This document shows, piece after piece, positions 40,143 to 52,079 of a DNA stretch of 64,000 nucleotides. The notes beneath the pieces were generated by a model. It was not told where the DNA came from and searched no databases. It saw only the letters and a list, made by a program, of their open reading frames with translations. The stretch is taken from NCBI RefSeq assembly GCF_004010195.1, contig NC_057720.1, forward strand, positions 3,150,080 to 3,214,079, given 5' to 3'. The position numbers and the translations under genes are program-made. The stretch is from Chiloscyllium plagiosum. Its lineage: Eukaryota. How positions within the stretch are numbered: position 1 is the first letter of the stretch; every line of letters starts with the position of its first letter.

Positions 40143-40999
40143 ACACTAGAATATAAAACTAAGGGTCACTATTTAAAAATAAAAAAGCAACCATTTCAGA
40201 CAGCGATGACGAGAATTTGTTTTCTCACCAAGGAGCTTGAACCTTTGGAACTGACTTCCTGGAAAGGCGGTGGAAGCAGGCTGTGTGAATATGGTTGAGG
40301 CAGAGAGGGTTAGGTCCTTGCTGGGCAAGGCAGTCTGGGGTTTGGCAGGGATGTATGTGGAGTATTCAAATCAGCCATGGTCTTCTTGAGTGGGGAAGCA
40401 GGCTGGGGGTGGGGAGGGGTCGCAAGTGGCCCATTCCTCATCTGTACGCTTGTGTGATGACATCTCCCCTCAACCTCCTTTGCCCCAGGATGAAAACTCC
40501 TGGTCTCATGGGGAAAACCTCTCATTTGCTGCACCGTTCTGGGAAATCTCCCCAGTGCTCTCTCAGAGATGCCATGCAATTCGAGGCTGTATGAAGATGC
40601 TGTCGGAAAGCAAGAGAAACTAATGCATGCAGGATGCTTGGTCTGACCTGGTGAAAAGCATTGTAGCTTCAAGTTATAAAGAAAGGGACCCATCTGCTGA
40701 GCACAAATGCACATGGAGCAAGGAGCCAGCATTGCTGGTTCACATGTCACATCCATTCACATGTTAGAGTATGGAATATAACAGGCTGAGGCCTGGCTTA
40801 CTGGGGGTGGAGGGCAAGGGAAGCAGAATATCTTTATAGTTTCTGGTTAATTCACTCTCTCTTATTGGCCTGTACCAAAGGTCAAAAAGCACCGAAGGAC
40901 AAAAAGCAACACGAAATTCATTTTGTTCTTACTTAGTGTTTCACCAGGGAGTCCCTTCTGCTTAAAATGTACCTAAGTAGAAAAAAGACTTCTTCCTCA

Positions 41000-41740
41000 T
41001 TAAGTAACTAGAGAGACTGCAGAAAGCTGTGACACAAAGGGACTTGAGGGTAACTTGTGCACAAAACACAGAAAACCAGTACACAGGGACAACAGGTAAT
41101 CAGGAAGGCTAATGGAATGTTGGCCCTCATTTCAATAGGGTTGGAGTATAAGAGTAGGGAAGTCTTACTGTAACTGTACAAGGGGCTGGCGAGGCCACAT
41201 TTGAGGTACTGCGAGCAGTTATGCTCCCCTTATTTAAGGAAAGATATCATTTCATTGGAGATAGATCAGAAAAGGTTCTCTAGGATGATCCCTGGGATGG
41301 AGGGATTGTTTGAAAAGCATAGGGTAAACAGGTTGGGGCTCTACTCACTGGAGTCCAGCAGAGTGAGAGGTGATGTCATTGAAACATATCAGATTCTTAA
41401 GGGGCTTGACAAGGTCAATGCTGAGAGGATGTTTCCCCTCATGGGAGGGTTTGGAACCAGAGAGCACAGACTCAAAATAAAGGGGCACCAATTTCAGACT
41501 AAGATGAGGAGGAATTTCCTCTCTTAGAGGGTTGTGAGTCTTTGGAACTCCTTGTCACAGAGAGCTGTGGGGGCAGTGACCTTGTGTATATTTAAGGCTG
41601 AGAGAGAGACATTCTTGATCAGTCGGGGAATCAAGAGTTCCAGGGAAAAGGGCAGGAAAGTGGATGTGAGAAGCCCATCAAATGGCAGAGTAGGCTTGAG
41701 GGGGCTGAATGGCCTCCACCTGATCCTATTTTTATGGTGT
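41000..41740 (+). mobile_element. CR1 3' fragment
   Basis: YCEQLCSPYLRKDI..RLGLYSLE..RGDVIETYQILKG. Confidence 0.87.
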
Positions 41741-41971
41741 CATATTTTTAATCACTCCGTTAATTGTATCAATCCCAAATCTGGATAGGGGCACTTATCA
41801 GACCTTCCCTGTTACCTCTAACCCTGTGACTGAAAGGTGCTCACTCATTGTAATCTTACAAGGCTTATTGTGTCCATGCTTACTGAGAATGAGTTTTTCA
41901 CTCTCATCCCATTTTCCAGCTCTTGGTTCATTTCGCTGCAGGGATCTGAATGTCAAGTCCATATCTACACA

Positions 41972-42157
41972 GGTCAGGCAGCATCCAAGGAACAGGAGAA
42001 TCAACATTTCGGGCATAAGCCCTTCTTCAGCAATGAAGAAGGGCTTATGCCCGAAACATTGATTCTCCTGTTCCTTGGATGCTGCCTGACCTGCTGCGCT
42101 TTTCCAGCAACACATTTTCAGCTCTGATCTCCAGCATCTGCAGTCCTCACTTTCTCC
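41972..42157. mobile_element. 186-bp fold-back hammerhead dimer with 14-bp TSD
   Basis: TSD tccatatctacaca at 41958-41971 and 42158-42171; 58-bp arms around a gcaa loop. Confidence 0.9.
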
Positions 42158-42654
42158 TCCATATCTACACAATCAAGGTTACTAATTCTGCCACTCCATC
42201 CACCAGGGAGCCCCACCAAACAGATGCACCCCAATCCTTCTATCAATTATTTTAATTCTTATTTTTCACTCTACTAAGAGACATGAACTCTTCCAATCCT
42301 CCCCATCCAGGCCCGCTTTCATTCTTTACATCTCAATCGGGTCTCTCCTGAGCTTTCTCTTTTCTGACATCCAATCCCTCCACCCCTAACTGCCGTGTGT
42401 ACTATCTACAAGATGCACTACAGAAACTCACCAAAGATCCTCAAACAGCTCCTCCCAAATCCACGACCACTTCCATCTAGAAGGGCAAGTGGTTTGTGGT
42501 TGAGGTGAATAGTTCACGTCAGGGAAAGCTGGATAAGTATATTGTATATTATGAAAGTTCAGGGTTGTGGAGAAGGCCCACTAGCAAGGATCATTGGGGT
42601 CACATGGGCCTGCTTCTTTCCTGCCATTTGAAACCAACCATTTCCTTTTCTTAA

Positions 42655-42903
<249 letters not shown>

Positions 42904-42989
42904 TGAGGTTATGGCCGGTCTCCAAGTCAACTCTACCTTTTTGCTTGATCCCTATATCTCTTGATTTTCTCAGTGTCCAAAGCTCTTAA

Positions 42990-43310
42990 TTACATTCCCT
43001 ACAGTGTGGAAACAGGCTCTTCAACCCAACAAGTATATACTGACCTTCCGAAGAGTAACCCACCCAGATTCATTTCCCTACATTTCCCCCTGACTAATGC
43101 ACTTAACACTATGGGCACCTGACATGGCCCAATACACCTGACCTGCACATCTTTGGATTGTGGGAGGAAACCGGACCACCCGGAGGAAACCCACGCAGAC
43201 ACGGGGAGAATGTGCAAACTCCACACAGACAGTCGCCTGAGGCGGGAATTGAACCCGGATCCCTGGCGCTGTGAGGCAGCAATGCTAACCACTGAACCTC
43301 TGTACCACCC
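42990..43310 (-). mobile_element. HE1-type V-SINE
   Basis: Consensus motifs on the minus strand. Confidence 0.88.
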
Positions 43311-43898
43311 CTTAATCTTGAGCATAGCCAAGGTCTCTGCACCCAGAGCTCTCTGTGACAGAGGATTTCAAAGATTCATGACCCTCTGAGTTAAGAACAT
43401 TCTCCTTATCACAGTCTGAGGCACATTAACGTTATGACCCCTTTCTAGCTTTTGTAGCCGTGGTGGAAAATGCTATTGTCCATGTTATGGTGACATATCA
43501 AAGCAATCTATTGCATTTGGACAATGTTGGATGATGTGTTAAGCTCCCAGATATGTGGTTGACTCTTAATTGCCCTCTGAAATAACCCCAGCAATCGATC
43601 CAGGTCAAGGGCAACTGTGGATGGGCATAAATACTGGCCCAGCCTCCAGGAGCAAATTACTGCCAATGCTGAAATCTGTCCTGGAAACAACAAATGCTGG
43701 AGATCCCAGCGGGTCAGGCAGTATCCATGGAGAGACAGCAAGCTAACATTTCCAGTCCAGATGACTTTTCATCAGAGCTGAAGTGAAGTGTGGAGGGGGA
43801 CAGCATTAAAGCTATAGTTGGGGGCTTTGTTAGAGTGCTGGGATAGGAAGGCTGCTGATAGTGCTGATTAAATGATTGGAATGGCAGAACAATGGTGT

Positions 43899-44913
43899 CT
43901 GGATGTAGGTTTGCTCGCTGAGCTGGGAGGTTCATTTCCAGATGTTTCGTCTCCCTGCTAGGTAGCATCTTCAGTGGGGGTCAGGCGAAGCAGTGTACAT
44001 GATTCCTGCTTCCTATTTATATGTTTAGATTTCTTTGGATTGGTGATGCCATAGAGTCATAGAGATGTACAGCATGGAAACAGACCCTTCAATCCAACCC
44101 GTCCATGCCGACCAGATATCCTAACCCAATCTAGTCCCACCTGCCAGCACCCGGCCCATATCCCTCCAAATCCTTCTGTGGTGATGTCATTCGCTGTTCT
44201 TTTTCTCAGGGGGTGATAGATGGGGTCTAATTCGATGTGTTTGTTGATAGATTTCCAGTTGGAATGCCATGCTTCTAGGAATTCTCATGTGTGTCTCTGT
44301 TTGGTTTGTCCTAGGATGGATGTGTTGTCCCAGTTGAAGTGGTGTCCTTCCTTATCTGTATGGAGGGATACTAGTGTGAGAGGTTCATGTTGTTTTGTGG
44401 CTAGTTGGTGTTCATGTATCCTGGTGGCTAGTTTTCTGCCTGTTTGTCCAATTTAGTGTTTGTTACAATCCTTGCACGGTATTTTGTAAATGACAGTAGT
44501 TTTGCTTGTTGTCTGTATAGGGTCTTTCAAGTTCATTAGTTGCTGTTTTAGTGTCTTGGTGGGTTTGTGGGCTGCCATGATGCCAAGGGGCCTGAGTAGT
44601 CTGGCAGTCATTTCCAAGATGTCTTTGATGTAGGAGAGAGTGGTTAGCGTTTCTGGACCTGAAACCCTGAGAAAAAGAACACGAAGTGACATCACCACAG
44701 GAAGTGACATCACCACATGAAATGACATCACCAACCCAAAGAAACCCAAACATATAAATAGGAAGCAGGAATCGTGTACACTGCTTCCCCTGTGGCCCAC
44801 TGAAGATGTTACCTAGTAGGGTGATGAAACGTCTGGAAATGAACCTTCCAGCTCAGTGAGCAAACCTACATCCAGAACCTCAACCTGAGCTACAAATCTT
44901 CTCAAAACTCACT
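43899..44913 (-). mobile_element. Penelope-like element (GIY-YIG remnant) with inverted pseudo-LTR and 11-bp TSD
   Basis: LSYIKDILEMTARLL..VIYKIPCKDCNKH*IGQT; inverted terminal copies near 43899-44215 and 44662-44875; TSD aacaatggtgt at 43888-43898 and 44914-44924; CR1 tail nested at about 44050-44175. Confidence 0.9.
44797..44836 (+). ncRNA. Predicted minimal hammerhead ribozyme in the Penelope pseudo-LTR
   Basis: CCA [CTGAAGA] T GTTACC-TAGTAG-GGTGAT [GAAA] CG [TC] TGG; a degenerate mirror copy lies on the minus strand at 43938-43977. Confidence 0.65.
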
Positions 44914-45589
44914 AACAATGGTGTGTCTAACTGTCAGACTGGAAAGGACAGACAGTCCCATTGGGGTGGGGGAAGGGGAGAGAGGGCATGGTGACAGAGA
45001 ATGTAATAAGTAAAGCTCAAAGAAAGGGAAGGAGTGGGAGTGGGTTCACAATCTGAAGGTGTTGAACTCAACATTAAGTCCAAAATGTGGGCTCTCCTGT
45101 GATGCCAACATCCAATGGTTGAATTTTTAAAAAATACAAAAATAGTTCCTTGAAAGAGGAGTTGCAGAAAGATTCCTCCTCATCTCTGTCCCCAGTGGCC
45201 TACCCCATAATCTTAGACTGTGACCCCCCCTTGGTTCTGGACTCGCCTATCATCAGGAACATCCTTCCTATGTTTAGTCTGTTTAGTCCTGTTTGAATTT
45301 TCTAGGTTTCTATGCATTAAGCCCATCATTCCTCTAAGCTGTAGTGAATATCAGCCTCACCGATCCCATCTCTCCTCATCCCTCAGTCCTTCTGCACTGA
45401 CTGGGACAGCTTTGTTTTGTCCTTTCAGGTACCAATCTGTTAGGGTGTTGGGAGGATTCCAGGACTGGGGCTAGGGGTGGAGGGAGGGGAGCTGATCTGT
45501 GTCCAATTGTCAAGACTTGCATAGAATTCCCCTTCTGGTATTCTCTCCCCTTGAAAGGGGACTTGCAGATAGATAGGATAATGAAGAAA

Positions 45590-46035
45590 GGATGTTGTCA
45601 GGGTTGGAGGATTTGAGCTACAGGGAGAGGCTGAAAGGGCTGGGGCTGTTTTCCCTGGAGCGTTGGAGGCTGAGGGGTGACCTTATAGACATTTATAAAA
45701 TTGTGAGGGGCATGATAGGGTAAATAGATAGGATCTCTCTTCTCAATGTAGATGAGTCCAGAACTAGAGGTTTAGGGTGAGAGGGGAAAGATTTAAAAGG
45801 GATCTAAAGGTCAACTTTTTCACACAGAGGGTGGAATGAGCTGCCAGAGGAAGTGGTGGAGACTGGTACAATTGCAACATTTAAAAGGCACCTTAATGGA
45901 CATATGAACAGGACGGGTTTAGAGGATATGGGCCAAGTGCTGGCAACTGGGACTAGATTAGGTTAGGATATCTGGTCGGCATGGATGAGTTGGACCGAAG
46001 GGTCTATTACCATGTTGTACATCTCAATGATTCTT
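45590..46035 (+). mobile_element. CR1/HER1-type 3' fragment
   Basis: gggttggaggatttgagctacagggagagg..gaccgaagggtct. Confidence 0.85.
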
Positions 46036-47371
46036 AGTGTTTGGTTGATTCTTTCTAATTTAAAATATTCAGCTGCTTACTCTTCTGCAGAAGTTGACAA
46101 CGCTGTAGTGTTCATAGATTTTAACAATTTGTTTTGGTGCTTGGAGTTGAGATGTTTTTGAGAGAATTTCTCCTTCTCCGTCGTTCTACTTCCACGTTTC
46201 CCAGTATTCGGAAAACCACTGACCCAGCACACTGAGAAAATCAACTGCAGATCCCAAATGAAAAAAGGATGTTGTAGAATGGAGCTGTTCCAAAAATGAT
46301 CATCATTGTAGAACAGTACTTGGGTCTAAGAGAAACAGACTGCAGTGCCAGAGAGAGCAATAAGCAGAAGTCAGAGATTTAAGACAATTGGCAAAAGGAA
46401 CAGCCTCAACATGGGAAACATCTTGTTTAAAATACACAGATATTCTTCTGTCTCAATTTCTGCATGAAAAGTACATCGTGCGCAAAATCTTGAGACATTA
46501 TTATTCTGTGACACTGGGATTAACTGCACAAATTGTAATGTTGTTGCCTTGTAAATAATGATGGTGGGAGCTTTTAATAATTACTGCAATAGAGACTAGA
46601 GCGCTGCTTTCGCACTCATTTAGGTAGTCTGACACCTTTATTTTCACAGGCTGGTTTGCAGTTGGTTCTATCTAGTTTCTTTATGAATCTCATTTCTACA
46701 TCAATTGCTGCACTGCTGTTCACGATGATATGGAAACATAGAAAATAGCAGCAGTAGGCCATTCGGCCCTTTGAGTGTCCTCCACCATTCAATATGACCA
46801 TGGCTTACCATCCAACTCAGTCCCCTGATGTTGCTTTTGCCCCATGTCCTTCGATCCCTTTAGCCCTCAGAACTATATCTAACTCCTTCTTGAAAATATT
46901 CAGTGTTTTTATCTCAATTACCTTCTGTGGCAATGCGTCCTGCTTTTTGGGTGAAGATATTTCTCCTCATCTCTGTCCCCAATGGCCTATGCCATATTCT
47001 TAGACTGTGACCCCCGCCTTGGTTCTGGACCCGCCTATCACCAGGAACATCCTTTCTGTGTTTAACCTGTTTAGTTTCAAGTTTCATTCCTCTGAACTGT
47101 AGTGAATATCAGCCTCACCGATCCTGTCTCTCCTCATCCCTCAGTCCTTCTTCACTGACTGGGACAGCTTTGATTTGTCCTTTCTGGTAACGATCTGTTA
47201 GGGTGTTGGGAGGATTCCAGGACTGAGGGCCGAGTTGGGGGGGAGGGGGGAGCTGATCTGTGTCCAAAGGTCAATACTTGCACAGAATTCCTCTTCTGGT
47301 ATTCTCTCTTTGTCTCTCCTACCTGCTGTAGACTGTCAACAAGGTGATGAGATTGTCCCACTCTCCCAGAG

Positions 47372-47568
47372 ACCTAGCCCTATCCTTATCACTAACTTTA
47401 ACTTTTCAGTCAACCTAACTTTCAATTAACCCAAACTTAACTTTGTTAGTAACATTAACCTTAACCGTAACCCCAACCTAACCTTAACACCCCCCCAAAT
47501 TAACACTAATCTTAACACTAAGCGTAACACTAGCTTTAGCCCTAAGAGTGATCCTAAGCCTAACCCAA
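47372..47568. repeat. Degenerate hexamer (CCCTAA-like) tract
   Basis: ccttaaccgtaaccccaacctaaccttaac..gccctaag..cctaagcctaaccc with 6-bp periodicity. Confidence 0.7.
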
Positions 47569-47630
47569 GTGCCATTGCAGCTCAGGGAGCGCCACACTCC
47601 CTTTAACAGTTGTATTCAGCTCCTCTGTAG

Positions 47631-47780
<150 letters not shown>

Positions 47781-48044
47781 TAATCTCAGTCTGTGATGTA
47801 TCTGGAGGAGAGGAGTTGATGTGGGAGGGAATGGTGAGGTGTTCAATGGCACTTCGTGTGGGGCAAGCCAAAGATTAAGAGTAAAGAACGCATGTTGTGT
47901 CCTGTAATTATTTTCGAAGTGACAGATTTCTGTTTTTGTATTTATTCACTCATGGGAAAACTTGATTTTATTCAGTATTTATTGAGCAATTACTCTCTGA
48001 CTCTCTATGTTTGAGTTCTCAGTCGGGAACAGCAGTTGCATATT

Positions 48045-48470
48045 GAGTCAGCGCTTTACAGCACAGAAACAGACCCTTTGGTCCAATGTGTCCGTGCTGA
48101 CCAGATATTTTATATAAATCTAGTCCCATTTGCTAGCATTTGGCCTGTATCCCTCTAAACTCTTCCTATTCAATAACCCATCCAAATGTTTTTTAAATAT
48201 TGCAATTGTACCAGCCTCTACCACTTCCTCTGGCAGCTCATTCCATACACGTACCACCCTCTGTGTGAAAACGTTGCCCCATAGGTCTCTTTTATATCTT
48301 TCCCCTCTCACCCTAAACCTATGCCCTCCAGCTCTGGACTCCTCCACCCCAGGGAAAAGACCTTGTCTATTCACCCTGTCAATGCTCCTCATGATTTTAT
48401 AAACCTCTGTAAGGTCAGCCCTCAGCCTCCGATGCTCCAGGGAAAAAAAGCCTATTCAGTCTCTCCCTGT
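48045..48470 (-). mobile_element. CR1/HER1-type 3' fragment
   Basis: GHRFRVRGERYKRDLWGNVFTQRVVRVWNELP. Confidence 0.88.
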
Positions 48471-49324
48471 GGCGCAAACCAGTCATCCAGTATTCAGACA
48501 CTGAATAGTACTATTCAGTGACTTACACTCATATGTATGTGCGTTCATTAAGTGTTTGTCTTATCATCGAATTTTATAACACAATCAGAGCTTGTTCAGC
48601 CCAGTACTGGATCTTTGATTGGTCCTGCTTCCCCACATAGCTCTTCACACACTGGCTTTGCAATGTTATTATTGAGGCTGTTTCCACTGGCCTTTCAGGC
48701 AGTGTATTTCAAAACATAACAATTCTCCTCTAATTGTTTTGCCAGTTACCAAAACTGTGATTTGTTCTCTCTGTTGATCTGGTTCCTCCTTGTCTATTTG
48801 ATCACAGCCCTCTGTCAGTCGGGTACCAATTCATGGCTGTGCCTTCCTCAGTGGTGACTCGCCAGTGATGCTCACTGCCCTTACACTCACTCCAATTTGC
48901 TAATGGGGTCCTGTGGAATTACTCCACAGCAAAGTTCACCTGAGGTTCCCACTGAGGGTCACTGTTCAGCCCTTCTTGTTGCTCTCTCAGCAGATACAAA
49001 CAAGGAACAAGTGTAGGCCATTCAGCCATTCAAGCCTGTACTGCCATTCAATAAGATTGTGGCTGAATGTTTCTACCCTTACTGTACATTCCTGCATTTC
49101 CCCAAAATCTTTTGTCCGCTTGTTCATCAAGAATCTGTCCATTTTTGTATTAAAAATCTTCAAAGCTTGTATACCCATAGCCTTTTGAGGAAGGGAATTC
49201 TCTCAGCCCTCTGAGAGAAAACTGTTTCCTTTTCTCTGCTTTAATAGATGACCTCCTACTTTTAAACTACGATGTGTTAGCTTGTGCGGACATGAATAGG
49301 TTTATTGGCATGATATGCTGGTAA

Positions 49325-49545
49325 CGCTGTGGGTGTGTTGCGTCTGTCTAATTGTGTCTGTGTATATCGGATTGTGTGTGTCTGCACCTTTATGTATCTG
49401 TGTGTTTGTGCATATGTGTCTTTTTATGTTTATGTGTGTTTTCTGTATTTGTGTGTGTGTTTGTGTACCTGTGTGTGTCTGTCAGTGTGTGTGTTTGTGT
49501 ACCTGTGTGTGTCTGTCACTGTGTGTGTATGTGTGTGTAGCTGTG
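49325..49545. repeat. Degenerate (TG)n tract
   Basis: TG periodicity. Confidence 0.9.
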
Positions 49546-49821
49546 ATATTACCCAGTATCCCTGCACTAAGTACTCTCGGGACACCCTCACAGGCAGAGC
49601 CACACTGAAACAACAGATTTAACACTGGAAAGATGAAGTGGCCCACTCCACAGAAAATAACAATCAGAGTATTGCAGAAAAAACAGCAGGCAAAAAGTCA
49701 ATACAACACAGAACAATCTTAAAGCAGCAGATGAATATAGTCCTGGTTATGTGCAATTAGCTGTAATTTTGGAGGCATTGATTTGGTTCAGCCATTAACG
49801 GACTAAGCTGATATTTGTTGA

Positions 49822-49959
<138 letters not shown>

Positions 49960-50399
49960 TAACAGGAAGAGGCACTCAGCCCGCATTGGTAATTGCTGCT
50001 GCTAACCTTCACACCATTTCCCCACAACACCGCAACGTTTCCTCCAATCCCGGGTGCTCAGAGTTTACCGAACAAACACATAATGTGCTTTGTGCAAGAG
50101 AGGTCCACAGCATTGCCGCACTGTTATGAAGAACCGTTTCTGACCTCTCTCCCAGCCTCTGGTTTTACACAGTGGCAACATGGACAACTATTCAATAATA
50201 TTACAATGACTACAAGCACCATGAGAGTTCCTGCAGGCAGGAAAGGTGCTATATAAATGTAGGATCATAGTACTGACAAATAAGGTACAATGGCAACAGG
50301 ATGATAAGCCACAACAGGAATTCAGTCAATTAGCCTCAGATCCCCAATGAATTAAAAACATGAAAGGGACCAGAAGTTCTGCAGGGTTTTGGTAAGGAT

Positions 50400-51310
50400 C
50401 TTTTCTTAAAAAGGATATAGGCATCACAGAGTGGGTCAGCATTTATTGGCCGTCCCTAGTTGCCCCTTGAGAATTGCCTTCTTGAACCGCTGCAGCCCAT
50501 GTGCTGTGTGTTGACCCACAATGCCCTGCGGGAAGGAATTCCAGGATTTTGACCCAGTGACAGTGAAGGAACGGCGATATATTTCCAAGTCAGGATGGTT
50601 TCTGGCTTGGAGGGGAATGTGCTCCCATGTATCCGCTGCCCTTGTCCTTCTAGATGGAAGTGGTCGTAGGTTTGGAAGGTGCTGCCTGAGGATCTTTGGT
50701 GAGTTTCTGCAGTGCATCGTGTAGATGGTACACACTGCTGCTGCTACTGAGCATCGGTGGTGGAGGGAGTGGATGTGGTGCCAATCAGTGGCTGCTTTGT
50801 CCTGATTGGTATCGAGTTTCTTGAGTGTTGTTGGATCTGCCCCCATCCAGGCAAGTGGGGAGTATTCCACCACACTCGTGGTCATATCCTGTGTGGTGCA
50901 AATGTTACTTGTAAATTTGTACCAATTTTGTTTTAGATTAGATTACCTATAGCGTGGAAACAAGCCCTTCAGCCCAACAAGTCCACACCTACCCGCCGAA
51001 GCGCAACCCACCCAGACCCAGACCCATTCCCCTACATTTAGCATGGCCAATTCACCTGACCTGCATATCTTTGGACTGTGGGAGGAAACTGGAGTACCTG
51101 GAGGAAACCCACGCAGACACGGGGAGAATGCGCAAACTCACAGAGAGTTGCCTGAGGTGGGAATTGAACCCGGGTCTCTGGTGCTGTGAGGCAGCAGTGC
51201 CACCCACTTGCCACTTGTCAGCCCAAGCCTAGATATTGTCTAGATCTTGTTGTGTTTGAACAAGGAGTGCTTCACTATCTGAGGAGTGATGGTGTTCAGC
51301 ATTGTGCAAT
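50400..51310 (-). mobile_element. L2/CR1-group LINE 3' fragment with nested HE1 SINE (about 50934-51200)
   Basis: EYSPLAWMGADPTTLKKLD.. and QQDLDNI fragments on either side of the HE1 copy. Confidence 0.82.
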
Positions 51311-51517
51311 TTTGCAATGATTTTTATTGTGCAAGTTTCCCCATATCGGATTAAGTCCAGTTCTGCCTGACCTAACAACGGGCTGAAGAGTGAGCAGTGA
51401 CTCTGCATGGACATTACTGGGAGCTCGGCTGTATTCTCATTCCAGTTCAATAAATGTTACTAGAGCTTCTGCCCTTTTCAGCAAATCAGGGTTGCTGAGG
51501 GTAGCCAGGGGGCGCTA

Positions 51518-51828
51518 TCTGTACACTGTCCCCCATCAAACACTCCCAGAACAGGGACAGCATAAGGTTACATACAGAGTAAAGCTCTCTCTACACCATC
51601 CCCCATCCAACGCTCCCAGACAGGGACAGCACAGGGTTAGAAGAAGAGTAAAGCAACCTCTACACTGTCCCCATCAAACACTCCCAGGACAGGGACAGCG
51701 CAGGGTTAGCTGCAGAGTAAAGCAACCTCTACACAATCCCCCATCAAACACTCCCAGGACAGGGACAGCACGGGGTTAGCTGCAGAGTAAAGCTCTCTGT
51801 ACACTGTCCCCATCAAACCGTCCCAGGG
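51518..51828. repeat. 69-70-bp tandem repeat, about 4.4 copies
   Basis: Unit tacactgtcccccatcaaacactcccaggacagggacagcacagggttag..cagagtaaagc..ctc starting at 51522, 51592, 51661, 51730, 51800. Confidence 0.93.
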
Positions 51829-52079
51829 TATTGTTGGCAGAATGTTCTGGCATTGAGAACCTGATGGGCAGTTTGTCCCCTTCCTTCCTTCACAATGTTA
51901 CCCACCTTCCTCACGCTTATCCAGACACCAACCTCTCACCAGGGCACAAGTAAAATGCAACTCCAATTACAGGAAGACAGCAAGGACAAAGGCGATAGAG
52001 ATCACAAAATAAATCAGATAATGTCTTTACCGCCGAGTGAACAAACATTTATACATGACAAAAGAATTGTTAACAGCTG

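Larger units (their letters stand above)
43650..45085 (-). mobile_element. 3' end of a PLE (Neptune-like, inferred): coding terminus, 3' UTR and hammerhead; split by the Penelope insertion
   Basis: Minus strand 45081-45046 reads GLNVEFNTFRL*; hammerhead-like AGCT-CTGATGA-AA-AGTC-ATCTG-GACT-G-GAAA-TG-TT-AGCT at 43779-43741. Confidence 0.65.
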
